Source: Vermamoeba vermiformis (lineage: Eukaryota). Taken from it: a DNA stretch of 64,000 bases. The notes under the pieces were generated by a model that was not told the origin of the DNA, ran no database searches, and saw nothing but the letters and a program-made list of their open reading frames with translations. Position numbers and translations under genes: made by a program. This document shows positions 35,091 to 48,600 of this stretch, one piece after another. Every line of letters begins with the position of its first letter. Positions within the stretch are counted from its first letter, which is position 1. Location: positions 124,001-188,000 of the forward strand of contig JBEWZL010000163.1 in the NCBI GenBank assembly GCA_045837725.1. Reading direction: 5' to 3'.

Positions 35091-37072
35091 ATGGCCGCAA
35101 ACAGAAGATTTGCTACGCACTTAGGACGCCTTGGCACTGAGACTGCTTATGCCGTCAGTGATGAGGCTCGTACTCTCGCGGCTACAGGCAAGAAAATATA
35201 CCCGTTCCACATCGGCGATCTCAACTTTGCAACCCCGGAAGTGTTCAAAAAAGGTTCGTATTGTATTGACAATATTATAACTATGATTATCGGTGCATTA
35301 GGAATGCAAGTAACTGTGACAGTATCTTTCCCAATCCTGTGCACCTAAAATTCGAAATAATTTGAAAATTACATACAAATTTCCTTAATACCCAAACGAC
35401 TATATAGAGCTATAATTGAGTTTATATCGCTCAAAGTTATTAATACTAATTTTGTCCAGCGATGGATGAGGCGATCAAGAACGGCAAGACTGGCTACTGC
35501 CCTGCTGCTGGCATTCCTGAGCTCCGTAAAGCACTGGCTGAAGACGTAAGTACTCTTAATACAATGCGCGCACTGTATTAGCTCTCGCGCAGAGTCTCGC
35601 GCACATCCGTTAGCTCGTTGGGAGCACATTGCGATCCTAATCTTAGCGCTGAACTCACGCGTTAACGCAGGTTGGTCGACGCCGCGGTGTTGAATATACA
35701 GCTGAGAACGTCTCTATTCAAAGCGGAGGCAAGCCCGTCATCGGTAAGCATTCATTGATCAGGAGCTGGATGTGGCGCGATCCAAAACTAATCGAAACTC
35801 ACAGGCAAGTTCTTGTCGGTTACTATGGAAGAGGGTGATGAGGTCTTGTACCCCAGCCCTGGCTACCCTATCTACGAGTCCATGATTAAGTTCTTGGGCG
35901 GAGTTCCAGTGCCATACATTTTCAAAGAGACAGACAACGGATTTGAAATGGATCTCGAACACATCCGAGCCAAAATCTCTCCTAAGACGAAAGTATTCAT
36001 CTACAACAACTACTCTAACCCTATGGGTGTTATGTCCTCGGACGAAGAAATGAAACGTAAGATCCGATCAGATCTAACCACCACAAAGCCACAGAAATTA
36101 ATCAATATTAATTATGCGCAGAAATTGCTGAATTGTGCGTCAAGCATGACTTGTGGGTCCTCTCTGACGAGGCCTATTTCGATATTACCTTCTTCGGTAA
36201 GTTCAATGAAACTGACTCGTTCTAAATAAGTACTCACATTATATTTCCTAATATAGAAGGTGATGCTAAGAGCATTGTTTCATTGCCCGGCATGCTCAAC
36301 CGCACTGTCATTCTCTACACCTATTCCAAGTCATTCGCCATGGTACGTCAATTACACACTCATTCTTGTCGCTTAAAATAGCCCCACCATACTGACATTA
36401 ATTCACCAACAGACTGGCTGGCGTCTCGGTGCTGCTATTGGTCCTGCTGATGTCATCTCGAACATTACTAAGATCAACACTAACGACGAAGTGAGTGGAT
36501 CTGCTTATCTTATCATTGAACTGTTAATAACCGCTACCATATTAATATTAGGCCTGCACTACACACTTCATTCAGTTCGCAGGTCTCTCTGCATTCACGC
36601 CTGAAGCACACGCCTTCACGCGACACTTGGTTGATGTCTTGCGTGAACGACGCAATGTGGTACGTAGACTACTTGCGGGTATTGATTATAAGAGACTAAT
36701 GATGTAAATATATAGCTCGTTGAAGAATTGAACAAGGTCCCTGGCTTTGTTGCACACAAACCTGAATCAACTTTCTACGTGTTTGTTAATGTCACCAAGG
36801 CCATGGAATTGCTGCAGATCCGATCACTGGAAGAGTTCCGCAAACAATTGTTGCGCGAGACTGGTGTCAGCTTCTGCACTCGCGAACACTTTGGCGAGGC
36901 TTTGCCGTTCGAAAACCAATATTATGTTAGGTAATTATGAGATTTAAATATGCTAGTCAGATCAGGTACTTACCTCCCTCCAATCAGATTCGCCTACTCT
37001 GGCATTGATAAGGAAATGATCACCGAAGGCATTAGAAAGCTTGCTGATTATATCAAGAGCAAACAACACTAA
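35091..37072 (+). CDS. PLP-dependent aminotransferase class I/II (aspartate aminotransferase-like)
   Basis: FHIGDLNFATP, TGYCPAAGIPELR, GGKPVI, PSPGYPIYES, NNYSNPMG, LSDEAY, TYSKSFAMTGWRLG (PLP lysine), PESTFYVF, YVRFAY. Confidence 0.92.
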
Positions 37073-37321
37073 GCGCGTTGCCTTTTAATTTATTAAACTT
37101 GTTTTACTACCGACAATCTTCATTTGATTAATCTGCACTTCCATCAATCTATTTCTTTATTCAGGTTTACTATACAAATAAAACAAGTAGAGGTATCTCC
37201 AAGCTATGTACAAAATTTGACCAGATCGTGTTTTTCTCGATCTGCTCAAGACGAGGGTTACATACATGAGTGACGCTCGGTTATCACTCGCGATATTTTC
37301 TATATAAGACAATTAAGGGCA

Positions 37322-38883
37322 TTACTCCAAGCCGAAGCCTTGAGTCTCGGTGATGGCGTAGAAGAGATTCTTTTTGAGCTCGTCAATCGAGTAGTACTCC
37401 GGCAATTCTAAGCGGTTGAAACTGCGTGAGGCGATTAGTACTTGTAGCCTCATAGTCATATAGAAGACCTACCAAGAGTGAGCAGTGGGCATGCCAGTCT
37501 TGTGAGTGCGCATGATGGTGAATTTTTGAGGTCCGTTGGAGCCGTACAAGTGCGCGAATCCACCGACAGGGACTTTGAATGTGCCCGTGACAAAGTGCAG
37601 CAAGTGTTTGAGCTCGTCTTGACTCATGCCCTCGACTATCTTCCAGAACCATTGAATGACTGGCGTGTGCTCGTTGTAGTCGCCTTGGTACTCGACATTG
37701 GCACGCAGATCTTGAATGTCTATCTGCTCGACACCGCCGATAACAATAGGCAAGTCCTGAATATGATCGATTAATACTAGCCCCTGGTCTGCAGATTAAT
37801 TGACTTACCTCAGGCTCGAAGAGAGATGTCAACAGATTGAGCGGCACAAACTCGTAGATGCCGCTCTTGATGGCATTGATCTGCTTGTCTCCGCGGTGCA
37901 AATAATACTGCACGCACAGCTCCAAGTACTCTTTCTTGTTCTCTTTCGTCACGGCAATGTTGCGGCCTTTCTCTTTCAAATCGACTTCGCGCTCAGTGCC
38001 ATCGGGCAACTCCTCCACGACTGAGAACGTGAGACACAAGTCATCAATGCCCGTGTCGTTGTCTTGAATGTACTTCAAGCTCTTGTACAGCTGTTCGTCG
38101 ATCAGCTGCAAGTCATCAATGGTCAGATCGCGTTCCAGCACTGACTTGTAGAACGGCAGGTTGAAGTAGCTGTGGAACAGTTTGCCGTGATAAATCGCGA
38201 GGCCAATGATCGTGCCCACAAAATAAAATCGTTCAATGTGTTGCGCACTGTCCGCGTGATGATTGATGTGGTACTCGTTGCCCTTGCGCACAAACAATTC
38301 GAAGCGTTCAGACATCATTTCTTCTGACAGCGACAAGAACCAGTCGCGGCTCATGCCTCCGTAGTCGAGGCCTGTCTCGCCTGCAGTGCACGTGATGAGT
38401 ACTTGCCTAATAAGGAAATATCTAAGCGCTTACCATCGTATTTGATGTGCAGGGTACGTGTGAGTGTGAGCGGATCCAAATTGGCCAAGTAGGCAGCTGA
38501 GTCTTCAAAGATGTGTTCTCGGCGCACCACAATCTCCAAGATACCCTCGTCGTGCTGTTGTTGGTGCAACTTGCCGCGCAAATGTTGAATCTTGGAGTGA
38601 ATGTCCCACTTGTACTTGGGCGGACGACTCTTCACCAGCTGCGTGCTGGATCTCCTTCTTCTGCCGCATTACAGTTAGTTCTCAAGAGTGCCATATGGCT
38701 GCACACGTACCGTGGATCGAAGAAGGTCGTGGTCTTGTTGACGTGATCGATGAAGTAGGTCTGGCCCTTGGGAGTGACGGACTGTTCCCAGCCCACTGGC
38801 AGCGGGGCCTCAGAGAGACTCATGTCCACTGCCAGTCGCAGTGCATCGCGTTGTTGCACGCGTCGTGATTGTCTTGCGCCCAT
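37322..38883 (-). CDS. WW-HECT E3 ubiquitin ligase (compact NEDD4/Rsp5-like)
   Basis: WW domain [36 protein letters not shown] motifs [42 protein letters not shown]. The N-terminus is MGARQS. Confidence 0.92.
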
Positions 38884-40628
38884 GGTGATTGATGGTGTTG
38901 AAAGTGATGTACAAATGCAGGAAAAATTAAAATAAAATTGACTATACAAAGATCGCTATTGCCGGCAATGGTTGTTGTGCGAGTCAGTGAACGCGTCTAA
39001 TCTACAATGATGGTGACGGTATTATTTACAGACGAACACTAGCGAGTAACATGTCAGTCAATACGTCAAATTAATTAAATTCGAATAGAAAATTAACTAA
39101 ATTGGCTTTAAATAATGGAGTGGCTCGCGGATAGTTGGCATAAATGTAGTATATGATATTGTACGAGAATAGTACAATAGCTCGGGCTGGCCCGCAATTT
39201 TCTTCGGGATCTGATCCCGAACTAGATTTCGAAAACAAAAAGCTTTGCTGGATATTAATAACCGTCATATTAATGATATATTGTTATTTTTCTGGTATTC
39301 AATGCGTGATTACTGTTATTGGCAATGATTTTTGGTTCTAGTCTTGCATCAGAATCCAGCGCGAACGGAACCAGGTATTTGTTTAGTGTAAATTACTAAT
39401 CATTATTCTATTAACGATATTAAATACTATTATATTTCGATTAATTCGTCGTTAATGGTCGAATAAAGTCACTCGGGATCCGCTTTCAAGAGCGAACCCG
39501 AAAGTGACAGTAATAAACATATATGAGTACAATATTGAAATTATGTTATCACAATTAATATCAAATCATACGGAGGCGTTAAAATTGATTACAGCTAATA
39601 TTGAAATACTCCGCATTCAAACAAAAATTTTGCGACATTTAATCGAGCTTATTAAAAGTCGAATTCTGTCTAATTTATTTAATACATGCTAGATATGTAT
39701 TAAATAATCAATTTTCCTCCCTAGCCACTCCATAAAATAAAATTTATTTGAATTTAAAGAAGCCTACCTGAATCAAACCAAGCTCAAAACTGTACAAGAG
39801 GAACAATAACCAATGCGGCCACTTCTTACGGCACTGTACCAAAGAAATGTGTTCACAATAACAATCCACTATGATGAATCGAGTGCCGTGGATAAAAAAA
39901 ATAATTCTCCATCCACTCCGCCCTGGTAGAGCTGTCCATCAGTCGAGATTGCCGCAGATTAATTGTTAGCTAATCTCTGTCAGTTAGTAGACACAAACTC
40001 AACGACCATATCACGATAGCTGTATCGACGCATGATTAGTTATTGTTTGTTTCGCTCCGTAGATGGGTTTGATCCTGGCTGGTTAGTTATTAGCAGAGGC
40101 AAATGCGTTATATCAACGTGTATATATACATCATAATCGTTAGAAATAACGTCTCCTCTCAGTCTAGACACAGAAACTATTCACGCAACACAAATCTAAC
40201 GGTAAATGCGATAATTCATTCTGTAAGCTTTATTAGCACGATTCTAAGACCGAAAAATATATTAAAAAAGATAAATTATGTTTAAAAATTAATTTAACCA
40301 AAACACGTTCAAAACTGCCTACAGGTTGTCTTGTACCCCAGTACTGGCAATAGATGCAGTCGTAATTACAGCTGTGAACGATGACGTCATACATTACGCA
40401 ATTTGTTCGGCGTTATCGAGCTGTCTTTCCGACTTTTCAAGTGGATCTCACTTTGGCGTAATAAAAAAGTCGCGAATCACTTCGCATTTGTCAAGTAAGG
40501 TAAAACGATTTGGTACCAGACACAATAGAACCGTTTAAATAGAATCAGAAGATTGTATTCAATCACCTACACTACGTTGAGGAGTACACCACAAATCAAT
40601 CCACCCAGAGCGAATCAATCAGCTCAAC

Positions 40629-42748
40629 ATGTCTGAATCTGTACGTTATCTATGCAATCCTCGTCCTGCATTATATTATAATTTTATGGAAGTAGTTGCT
40701 TATTGCATTATTTTGCGGACTACAGGACGAAGCATATCCGCGTGACTTTACAGAACCTGCTCCAGGTCAATTGCACGGATGGCTTTCAAGAAAATCAAGA
40801 TCCATATTAAAGAAACGTTTTGTAATGGTTTGGTGCGAGCTCGACGAGGTAAGAAAGTCATGTTGTTGCGGTAAATCCAGGAGCTAATTTTAACTCCAGC
40901 TGAATCAATCATTTGCGTATTTCTCGAAAGAGTCCCATTTAGGACCTCTTAAAAGCGAGAGACTTGGCGTATTTCCTCTCGATAACTCACAGATCGCTTC
41001 GGGCATTTCAAAAAAAGGCCGATTCTTCATTACAATTCGCGACAAAACTCGTAAAAAGTAAGGAATTACTTAATGCAATGACTCTTTATTACGAAAGTAT
41101 TATTGTAACGTTGACCTTAGGCGCACATTTCTCGCATCCTCCCCTGCAGAACAAAAGGTGTGGCTCGATGCGCTTGAAAGAACAAAACACTCTACACTAA
41201 CTAGCACAAAAGTCATTAATAGTAAGTGACGATGATCTTTTCGAGTCGATTTCAGTTTTTGTTGACGAATACTCCTTATTGTAATAATAGACTGGGTCGA
41301 TGACGCATTGACCTTAGATCGACTGCAGATCAGCGCAGATGCGATGTTATCTCTCGACGACAGCAGACAAACACTCACAGACACCACTATAGACACTCCT
41401 GCTACTGAGAGGTCATTAGAAGAAGATGAAGAGTCGCCTTTAGCAGACGATGAAAAAGATCTTCAAAAAGCCTTGTACTCCAAGTACGTGTTTGATTCAG
41501 ACGGCAACTTGACCATGTTTGGTGATGTACTGCACGGCCAGCTCACATTGGTCTACTTCTTGCGCCACTTTGGTTGGTAAGGGATTTGCTTTGATTTTCA
41601 AATTCGTGACGTGACTGCCTAATTTAGTAATTATTACGAATATTAATTGTGGCTCTAGTATACTTATGAGAACATGCGTGCAAGAGATTATTGATAAGAA
41701 AGAACTACTAGAGAAGTGGTAAGTTCAAATTAAAATGTCTTTTTGTTGGATATCACTTACCATCTACCCCAGCGGTATTCGACTCGTAGCAATCGGCAAT
41801 GGTACAGTGGAAATGGCGAAAGAATTCTTGAAAGAATATACGTTCCCTGGCCGTGTGTTCGTTGACCCAGAGAAGAAACTGTACGAGGCCATGCACTGCA
41901 AACACGGCTTGAAATACGCACTCAGCGAGGAGGTGTTGCGCTACACTCGCGAAGCATGTGAGAGAGCAGCGCACAGACAGAACGGCATTCAAGGAGACCC
42001 ACTGTAAGTTGACACGTGTCATCACCGAGTGTCAAGGCTAATTAATTGTGACGTCTGACAGGCAACTCGGCGGAGTGTTTGTGATCAGTCCGACCAAGGG
42101 CATGGTGTACCGAAGACTAGAGAACTATATCGGTTCGACGACCGACATGCCCAAGTAAGTCGTGAAAAATAGAATGAAATATCGGCCACTAATTGAGCAC
42201 TAGTCTCATTCCATTCATCACTGAATACGCGCACAATCATCCCGAGACTACGTGGCAATCACGTGATCCGAGTGATCCTGAGGCCACGAGCAGTCAGAAC
42301 AAAGACTTTCAGCTGCATTATTACAAAGATCACTTCATTCACCAAGGTAATGTTAATAAGGTCTTTATTATGCAGCTACTCACAGTCCTTGTCTTCAGTG
42401 CACACAATCTACGTACTGCCGCAGAGTGAAGCAACGGGCTCGCCAGTCATTTCAGCCTCGCTGGAGCTCAAACAAGGCGACAAGAAAGCAATAGCCTTCC
42501 ACATGAAGGGCAAGACCAAGCTGTATCAGCCGTGCTATCTGACTGACAACGAGTTCTTCGATCACACCACACGGCGGCTCTTTGGTGCACCCACTGAAGG
42601 ATTCGTCAAGATACCGCGCACCCCTGCTGCCGTGGACAAGTTGTGTGACTTGGAAGAGACAATGAACCAGTATTATGCTGCTGGCGAGACTGGACCGCAG
42701 CTCGAACAGGCATTAGCAGCGACAGTTGAATTCTTACTGCGCAAATAG
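40629..42748 (+). CDS. PH domain plus peroxiredoxin-like (PRXL2/AhpC-TSA_2) domain protein
   Basis: PH-like LHGWLSRKSRSILKKRFVMVWCEL...EQKVWLDALE. PRXL2-like LVYFLRHFGC, RLVAIGNG, VFVDPEKKLYEAM, GDPLQLGGVFVI. Confidence 0.75.
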
Positions 42749-42872
42749 TATAGCTGTTCAAATTGTAAATAGTAGTAGAATGAGTTGAATAGTTAGCTTT
42801 TATTATTAACTCATTTGTTGGCCAAAGTAAATAGATACACGCAAAATTGTTTTGTTATTTCGATTGTTGTTT

Positions 42873-45450
42873 TTAGAGTGTTCGTGTTAAGCGCCAGACT
42901 TCACGGCCAAAACCTGAGCAAAGTTGATAGATGTAATCGCGTGACTTCTTGCTGATGGCTGAATAAATAAGGTTAGCGTCTGTAACCAATTAAAAATGCA
43001 TTTCTCGCTTACGATTAGTGGCACCAGAGCGGTTGTAGTGCTCGACAATTGTGTCGAATTCTTTGCGCGTGTAAGGAGGAATGTTGACCCAAGTAGTCTC
43101 GTGCTCCTTAGTGTCTTCCATAAATTGTTCAATCTTTTGTTCTTCGGTCAAGGCACCAATAAAAGCTCCGTTAATGAGTCCGTGATCAACGTGACCGTCG
43201 AAGAACAAGCGAGCAAGTGTGAAGTTACGACCAGCCAACATGTCCTTGCTGTAGCGGCGAGACTCGGGGTCAGCAAAGTTGACGCTGTGATTGTAAAGGG
43301 CGTTGTAGTCGTCGACGGCGAGGAGGACAGGGAACTCTTCCACAAGTGACAACTCGCGACGGAAGTGAACGACAGCATCGGCAGCATAGGCTTCGAGAGC
43401 TGAGCCGAATTCGACCAAGTCAAACAAAGTCTGGCCTTCAAATCTGCCCAATTGGAACTTGGTGCGCAGAGGGATTTGTCGGAGCTTATCTTGGTGAGCA
43501 TCAATCATGTTGTTGAGGAACTTCATGGCAATCTGAGGTTGATCCCAGCAGTCAGGAATCAACTTAGACTTCTCGAGGTAGTCACCAGTGTTGATTAAAT
43601 TGTGACCACTGTTAATATATACAACGAGCCAATCGTTCTTTCGGGCCCAGTAAACAATTTGACTTAAAGCACCGCTCTTGCCACAGCCCTTGAAGCCGAC
43701 TAAACGACAGTTAGTCTACGAACGATAAGAAGAGCAGCAAGTACGTACACAAGATGTGTGAAGTGTTGGAATCAGACTTGATGAACTTGTTGGCTTGAGC
43801 CTTTGTCAAGTCAGAGATCACGCGCATAGCAGGCTCACGAATCAACAAGCCTCGTTGTTTAGTAGAGGCAAATTCTTCTTTAACATATCTACCACCCATA
43901 CCCTCTGTAGTTCGATTAGTATGATTAAATGACATTCGTAATCAGGTGTTAACGCACCAGGGAAGTACTTCTTGAAGTCTTTTTCATCGAGTACCACGAC
44001 CTTGCCAGTGGATTGAGGAGTGAAAGACTGCAAGCAATGTCAGCATCAAGTTAATAACATGTCACATGCACGTACCTCGTTCTCGGAGATGTAGACGGGT
44101 TGAGCAGCACGAGAGGCTTGTTCAGAGGCAGCCAAACGTTGGACGTTCAAGTTTTGTTGAATAACGTCCCACATGGACTTGCGGATTTGAACAGACTCCT
44201 TATCTGTCAAGGTGCATATTAGAGGCTGTTGTTCAGACTTCACTTGCACTACTCACCATTGACATCAACACCAGTCATGAACGAATCGAAATCGATGGTC
44301 TCCCAGTTCAATTTGCTGGCAAACAGTTAGCATTGAACACCGTAAAATACTTGTAGCGTTACATACTCGAGGTTCAACGCCTTGCGAATAGTGGCGAGGG
44401 TGTTCAACATAACTTCAACATCAAGATTCTTCAACACGGTGGGTACGATCATTTCGGGATAGGTCTTGTTGGACTCAGCAATGGTGTGTTTCATTGCCTC
44501 GAGGAATTGTCGCTCGTCTTCAGCTGCTTGTTGTTCCAAATTCACAGCGTCGAGCAAAACACTCTTGTACAACGGGTTCTGTTCCTCGTCTGCTCGCTTT
44601 TTGAATCGTTCCAAACGAGCAGTGGCGTCATTCAACAAGTCTTGTGCCATGTTGTGAATGCTTTCGTTAAAGTCACGAACACCGTAGGGTCGTGGATCAG
44701 TGTGTTCAAACATAATCTTCAACAGCGGGTTGTCGCTGTCGAAGGCTGCAGGATACAGCTCGCGCAACTTCTTGACGTGCATGACACGTTCAGGTCCGCT
44801 GAGCTCTGTGACTTGACGTTCAGCCACCAACAACTCGTTGGGGTATTTCTCGCGAATACGAGCGAGGGTCTTGTCGTATTCAGCTTCAATGCGTGCTCTG
44901 ACATCGCTGGCCTCTGCAACGACAATAACATTAGTCTCTGGTGCGTAGTAGTTGTGATAACAGGACTGTACCCTTTGTGTAACCGAGTCTGTAATCAACC
45001 TCCTTTGCTTCTTCTTCCTTATGTTGTACTTGAACAATCTCTTCTTCAACCTTTTTAGCTACTTCTTTCTTCTTCTTTGCCAACGTCAATGAGGACGAGT
45101 GGTATTGAAATCTGTCCAATCTGGCAGACTGAAAATAATAATTAACAAACGATGCAATAATTTGTTTAAAATAAATCAATGATAATTTTAATGCGAGAAA
45201 TATTGGCGAAATAAAATGGCTAGGATAATAAATTATTAATCTGCGATCTGTTTATAAATTATCAAAACGGCTTCTGACTTGGTTGATTACTTACGATATT
45301 GTCATTCTTAATTGAGTTGATTATTGTGGTATTTTTATAATTGTTTTGGCTGAGTTTCAGTTGTTTGTGGAGTAAGATCGGTAATCCAGATCGGATGGCG
45401 CTAGAACTAGCCACTTTTCGAACGGAACGAACCAACGCCCTTTGCAACAT
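42873..45450 (-). CDS. DAP3: Mitochondrial small ribosomal subunit protein mS29 (DAP3) with a long N-terminal extension
   Basis: Mitochondrial-type presequence MLQRALVRSVRKVASSS, GLLIRE, P-loop GFKGCGKS..LSQIVYWARKNDWLVVYI, WDQP, FPVLLAVDDYNALY. Strong codon bias. Confidence 0.82.
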
Positions 45451-45652
45451 GGTACTCTAGTCTAATAAATAAAATAAACTAAAATACTTTGACAAGTGAA
45501 GTCAACAGCAAAAATTCGCACAGGAACTGGTAGAAGATGCGGCACACTCGGTACTCCTGCACTTGAAAAGTAGCATGAAGCTTTAAATAATATAATACAT
45601 CCTTTTGATTTTTCTCTTATATACACTAAACCTGCAAGTGGATCTGCTCAGT

Positions 45653-48600
45653 CTAATCAGAGCCCGAGTCGTATTCTCCAATGTGACTGTACGATGACAA
45701 GGGTCCCTCGCGCTCTTCGGGTGTGTAGCCGTCGTCAATAGACATGTGCGGCGAGGACTTGACTTTCTTCTCGTGGTTGAACGCTTTGACTTTCTCGTGC
45801 TCGTTGTCCTCTTCAGGCAGTTCAAACAGTCCAGGCGAGGACTGCGACAAGGCTGTGTCTTGAGCTGTGCGTCGCGGGGTGTGTGAGCGATGACGATTCT
45901 TCTTGACGTCTACTGTGGACTTTGATCGGCTGCAACAACGTTAGGATCTAACACCACAGGATTTAAAAACGATTCTGTACTCACCTTGGTATGCTCGATG
46001 TGTCAAAGCTGAGGGCCTGTCTGCGCTGTCGTTCAGCAGCAGCACCATTGCCAGTAATGTTGCTCGAAATCACTTTCTCTGATGTTCGTGTTTGCAAGCG
46101 CTTGTCGACTTGCGGATGTGAAGAATGTAATGGGGCAGGGCGTGAAGGTGAGGAAATGGTGGTAATGGGTGGGTAGTCGCGGGCAATATCTTTGGGTGGG
46201 GTAGTTTTTTCTGGTCGTTTATGTCTAAAACAGTACGTTAGAATTTAAACTGAGATATTTTTTAGGGCACTTACTCTGACTCTTTTGAGTTGGTGTTAGT
46301 GTTGGTATTGGTGTTGGAGTTAGTGTTGGTGTTGCTTGGAACTGGGTCGGAGTTGGGCGCATTTTCATCGATTACATTGCCGTCAGCATCTCGACGCGCA
46401 CTCATCAGCACGACAGTTGATTTTCGTCGTTCTCGCTTGTCGAGTGCTTTCGTGTGCTCTCTCTTGAACGAGGCGATCAGCTCAGAGTTCCTAGAGGCAA
46501 TGAATTAATATACTTCGTATGAGTGCGACCTACAATGGCACGTACAAAGAACTGCGGTTAGATGTCTTTGATAAGTGTTGTTTCCGCTTGTCTTTGTCTT
46601 TCGACTCTTTGTCTTTTTCAACGTGCACCATGCCGTCGCTCTTGGAGGAGTGGAGGTCTGTGGGAGTGGGACCTTCTTTGAGGATTGTGCGCATGTCAAA
46701 GACCTGACTGTTGACACGCGTGGTGTCATTTTGATGGAAACTGCGTCGTCTCTGTCGCTGACTATCACTGCTGTGACCGACCGAACGATACATGAGTGCT
46801 CGTTGTGAGGCCCTTGATTAGAGTGAGTTAGCACATAGAGCTCCGCTAACCTGAATTTACTTACGATTTGGTCGTCCTTCGCACATAGTACTCAATGCGT
46901 ACTTGTAGGGCGGTGATGATTTCGAGGAACTTTTTCGATGAAGCAGAGAAGAGCCATTTGGGTACCGTGCCCTATACACAAAGCAATTAATAACCACTTG
47001 CTTTCAGTGCGTATACCATACCTTGGGATCAAAGCTTATCGTCATCATTAATGAACTTCTGATTGGTTCGACAAGAGCTGTGCGCACCGTGATGCCGAGA
47101 GCTAGAAAATCATTAGCAATGTGCGCAGTAATGCTTTGCAATACATACTCATATGTGCCCGGACAACACCTTTGGACGGGTGGACATCAGGTCGCTCAAT
47201 CGAATAGCATACGAGATACCCTTCGTGCGAAGACTTGGTGCCAATCACTCGCTGAAACAGTACCTCTCTGTCTTGGAACGGAAATGGGAATTTGACTCGC
47301 ATGATCCAATCGTCTTTGTCTTCATCGATTTTCTCCACTAAAAATAGATTAGAACGGACGTTACAGTACTTGATTACGTACGCTTTCGAGTATTTTCTTG
47401 GCTGACACTGTTCTCTAGCAGGATCCAATCAGAGATTGGCATAGAGCGGAAATACTCTAACACCTGTTCAACACTGGCGCCAATCTGTCCTTCGCCTTTG
47501 AAATTGAATACAGACACCAAAAAGTCCTTGGTAGTCTATGGATTTCGTTAATAAAAGCAACATCGTGGTTTAGAACTCGTACCTTCTTCTTTTCTTTCTT
47601 AACCAATAATCGAAAGTTGTTCTTTTCGCGGTCAACACGCCAGTTCTCGTAAGCCTGATCTAAAATTGATTGTACAATATCCGAAGACTGCAAGAGAAGT
47701 TAGCGGACGAAAGTAATGTGCGGCTCAGACGTACCTTGGCAGTGTTGGGTGGACTGTTTTGATTGGTGTTGGTGCCGCTGCTGCTGCGCCTCAACTCCGA
47801 CTCGCTCGATGATTTCTCTTCCTTCACGGACTCAACTTTAATTTCCTCGTCTGAGGAGGGCTCTGACTCGATCTTGCACAAATCGGTCAGGTACGCGTGA
47901 ACACGCTGTAGGGCCTCTTGTTTTTCTTTTTCGCTGACTATTTTTTTCTTGATTTTCAGCGTTGATCCTTGAATCTTATCGCAGTATTTAATGTGTTTTT
48001 TATCCTAAACGTGCCGTTAGAGTCACTTATATTGGTAAGGAGTACTTACGACAAAGATATCGCAGAATTCTTTAACGGTCTCCATGTGCGTTGTAATGAA
48101 CGATATAATCTTCGCGCTGTGCGCTGGAATCACTGAAATGTTGTTCTTTGCTATTCGGTTGGCGCAGTTTTGCAATAATTTAGTCACAACAACGAGAGCT
48201 TTGAAAGCCTCCGGGCTCGGGACAGCTAAGCAGCAGTTAGCAATAGTAAGTCAATATATCTATTAACATACAGTTCATCAATCCGTAAGCGTGGGGCTGT
48301 AGAATTGTCGGACACAAATAGCGCAAAAACAGAATCACTGACACCACCGAGTCTGCACTGGGAAATTTCTGTAGGACCTCTTCGTGCAAATAGGAAAATC
48401 CCAGCCGAATATTACTGTAATTATGTTAAAAATACAGGGAATGTATCAATTACTCAATGAGACTCACATTGGGCATTTGAAAATATCTTCACTAAGCCTT
48501 TCAATTAATTTGGAGGTCTTTTCCAGCAAGAAGTTAAGGTTCTTGTCAACTTGGTCTGGCTTCATTTTGAGTTCGATTTCAGGTTCAATCTAAACGTGGT

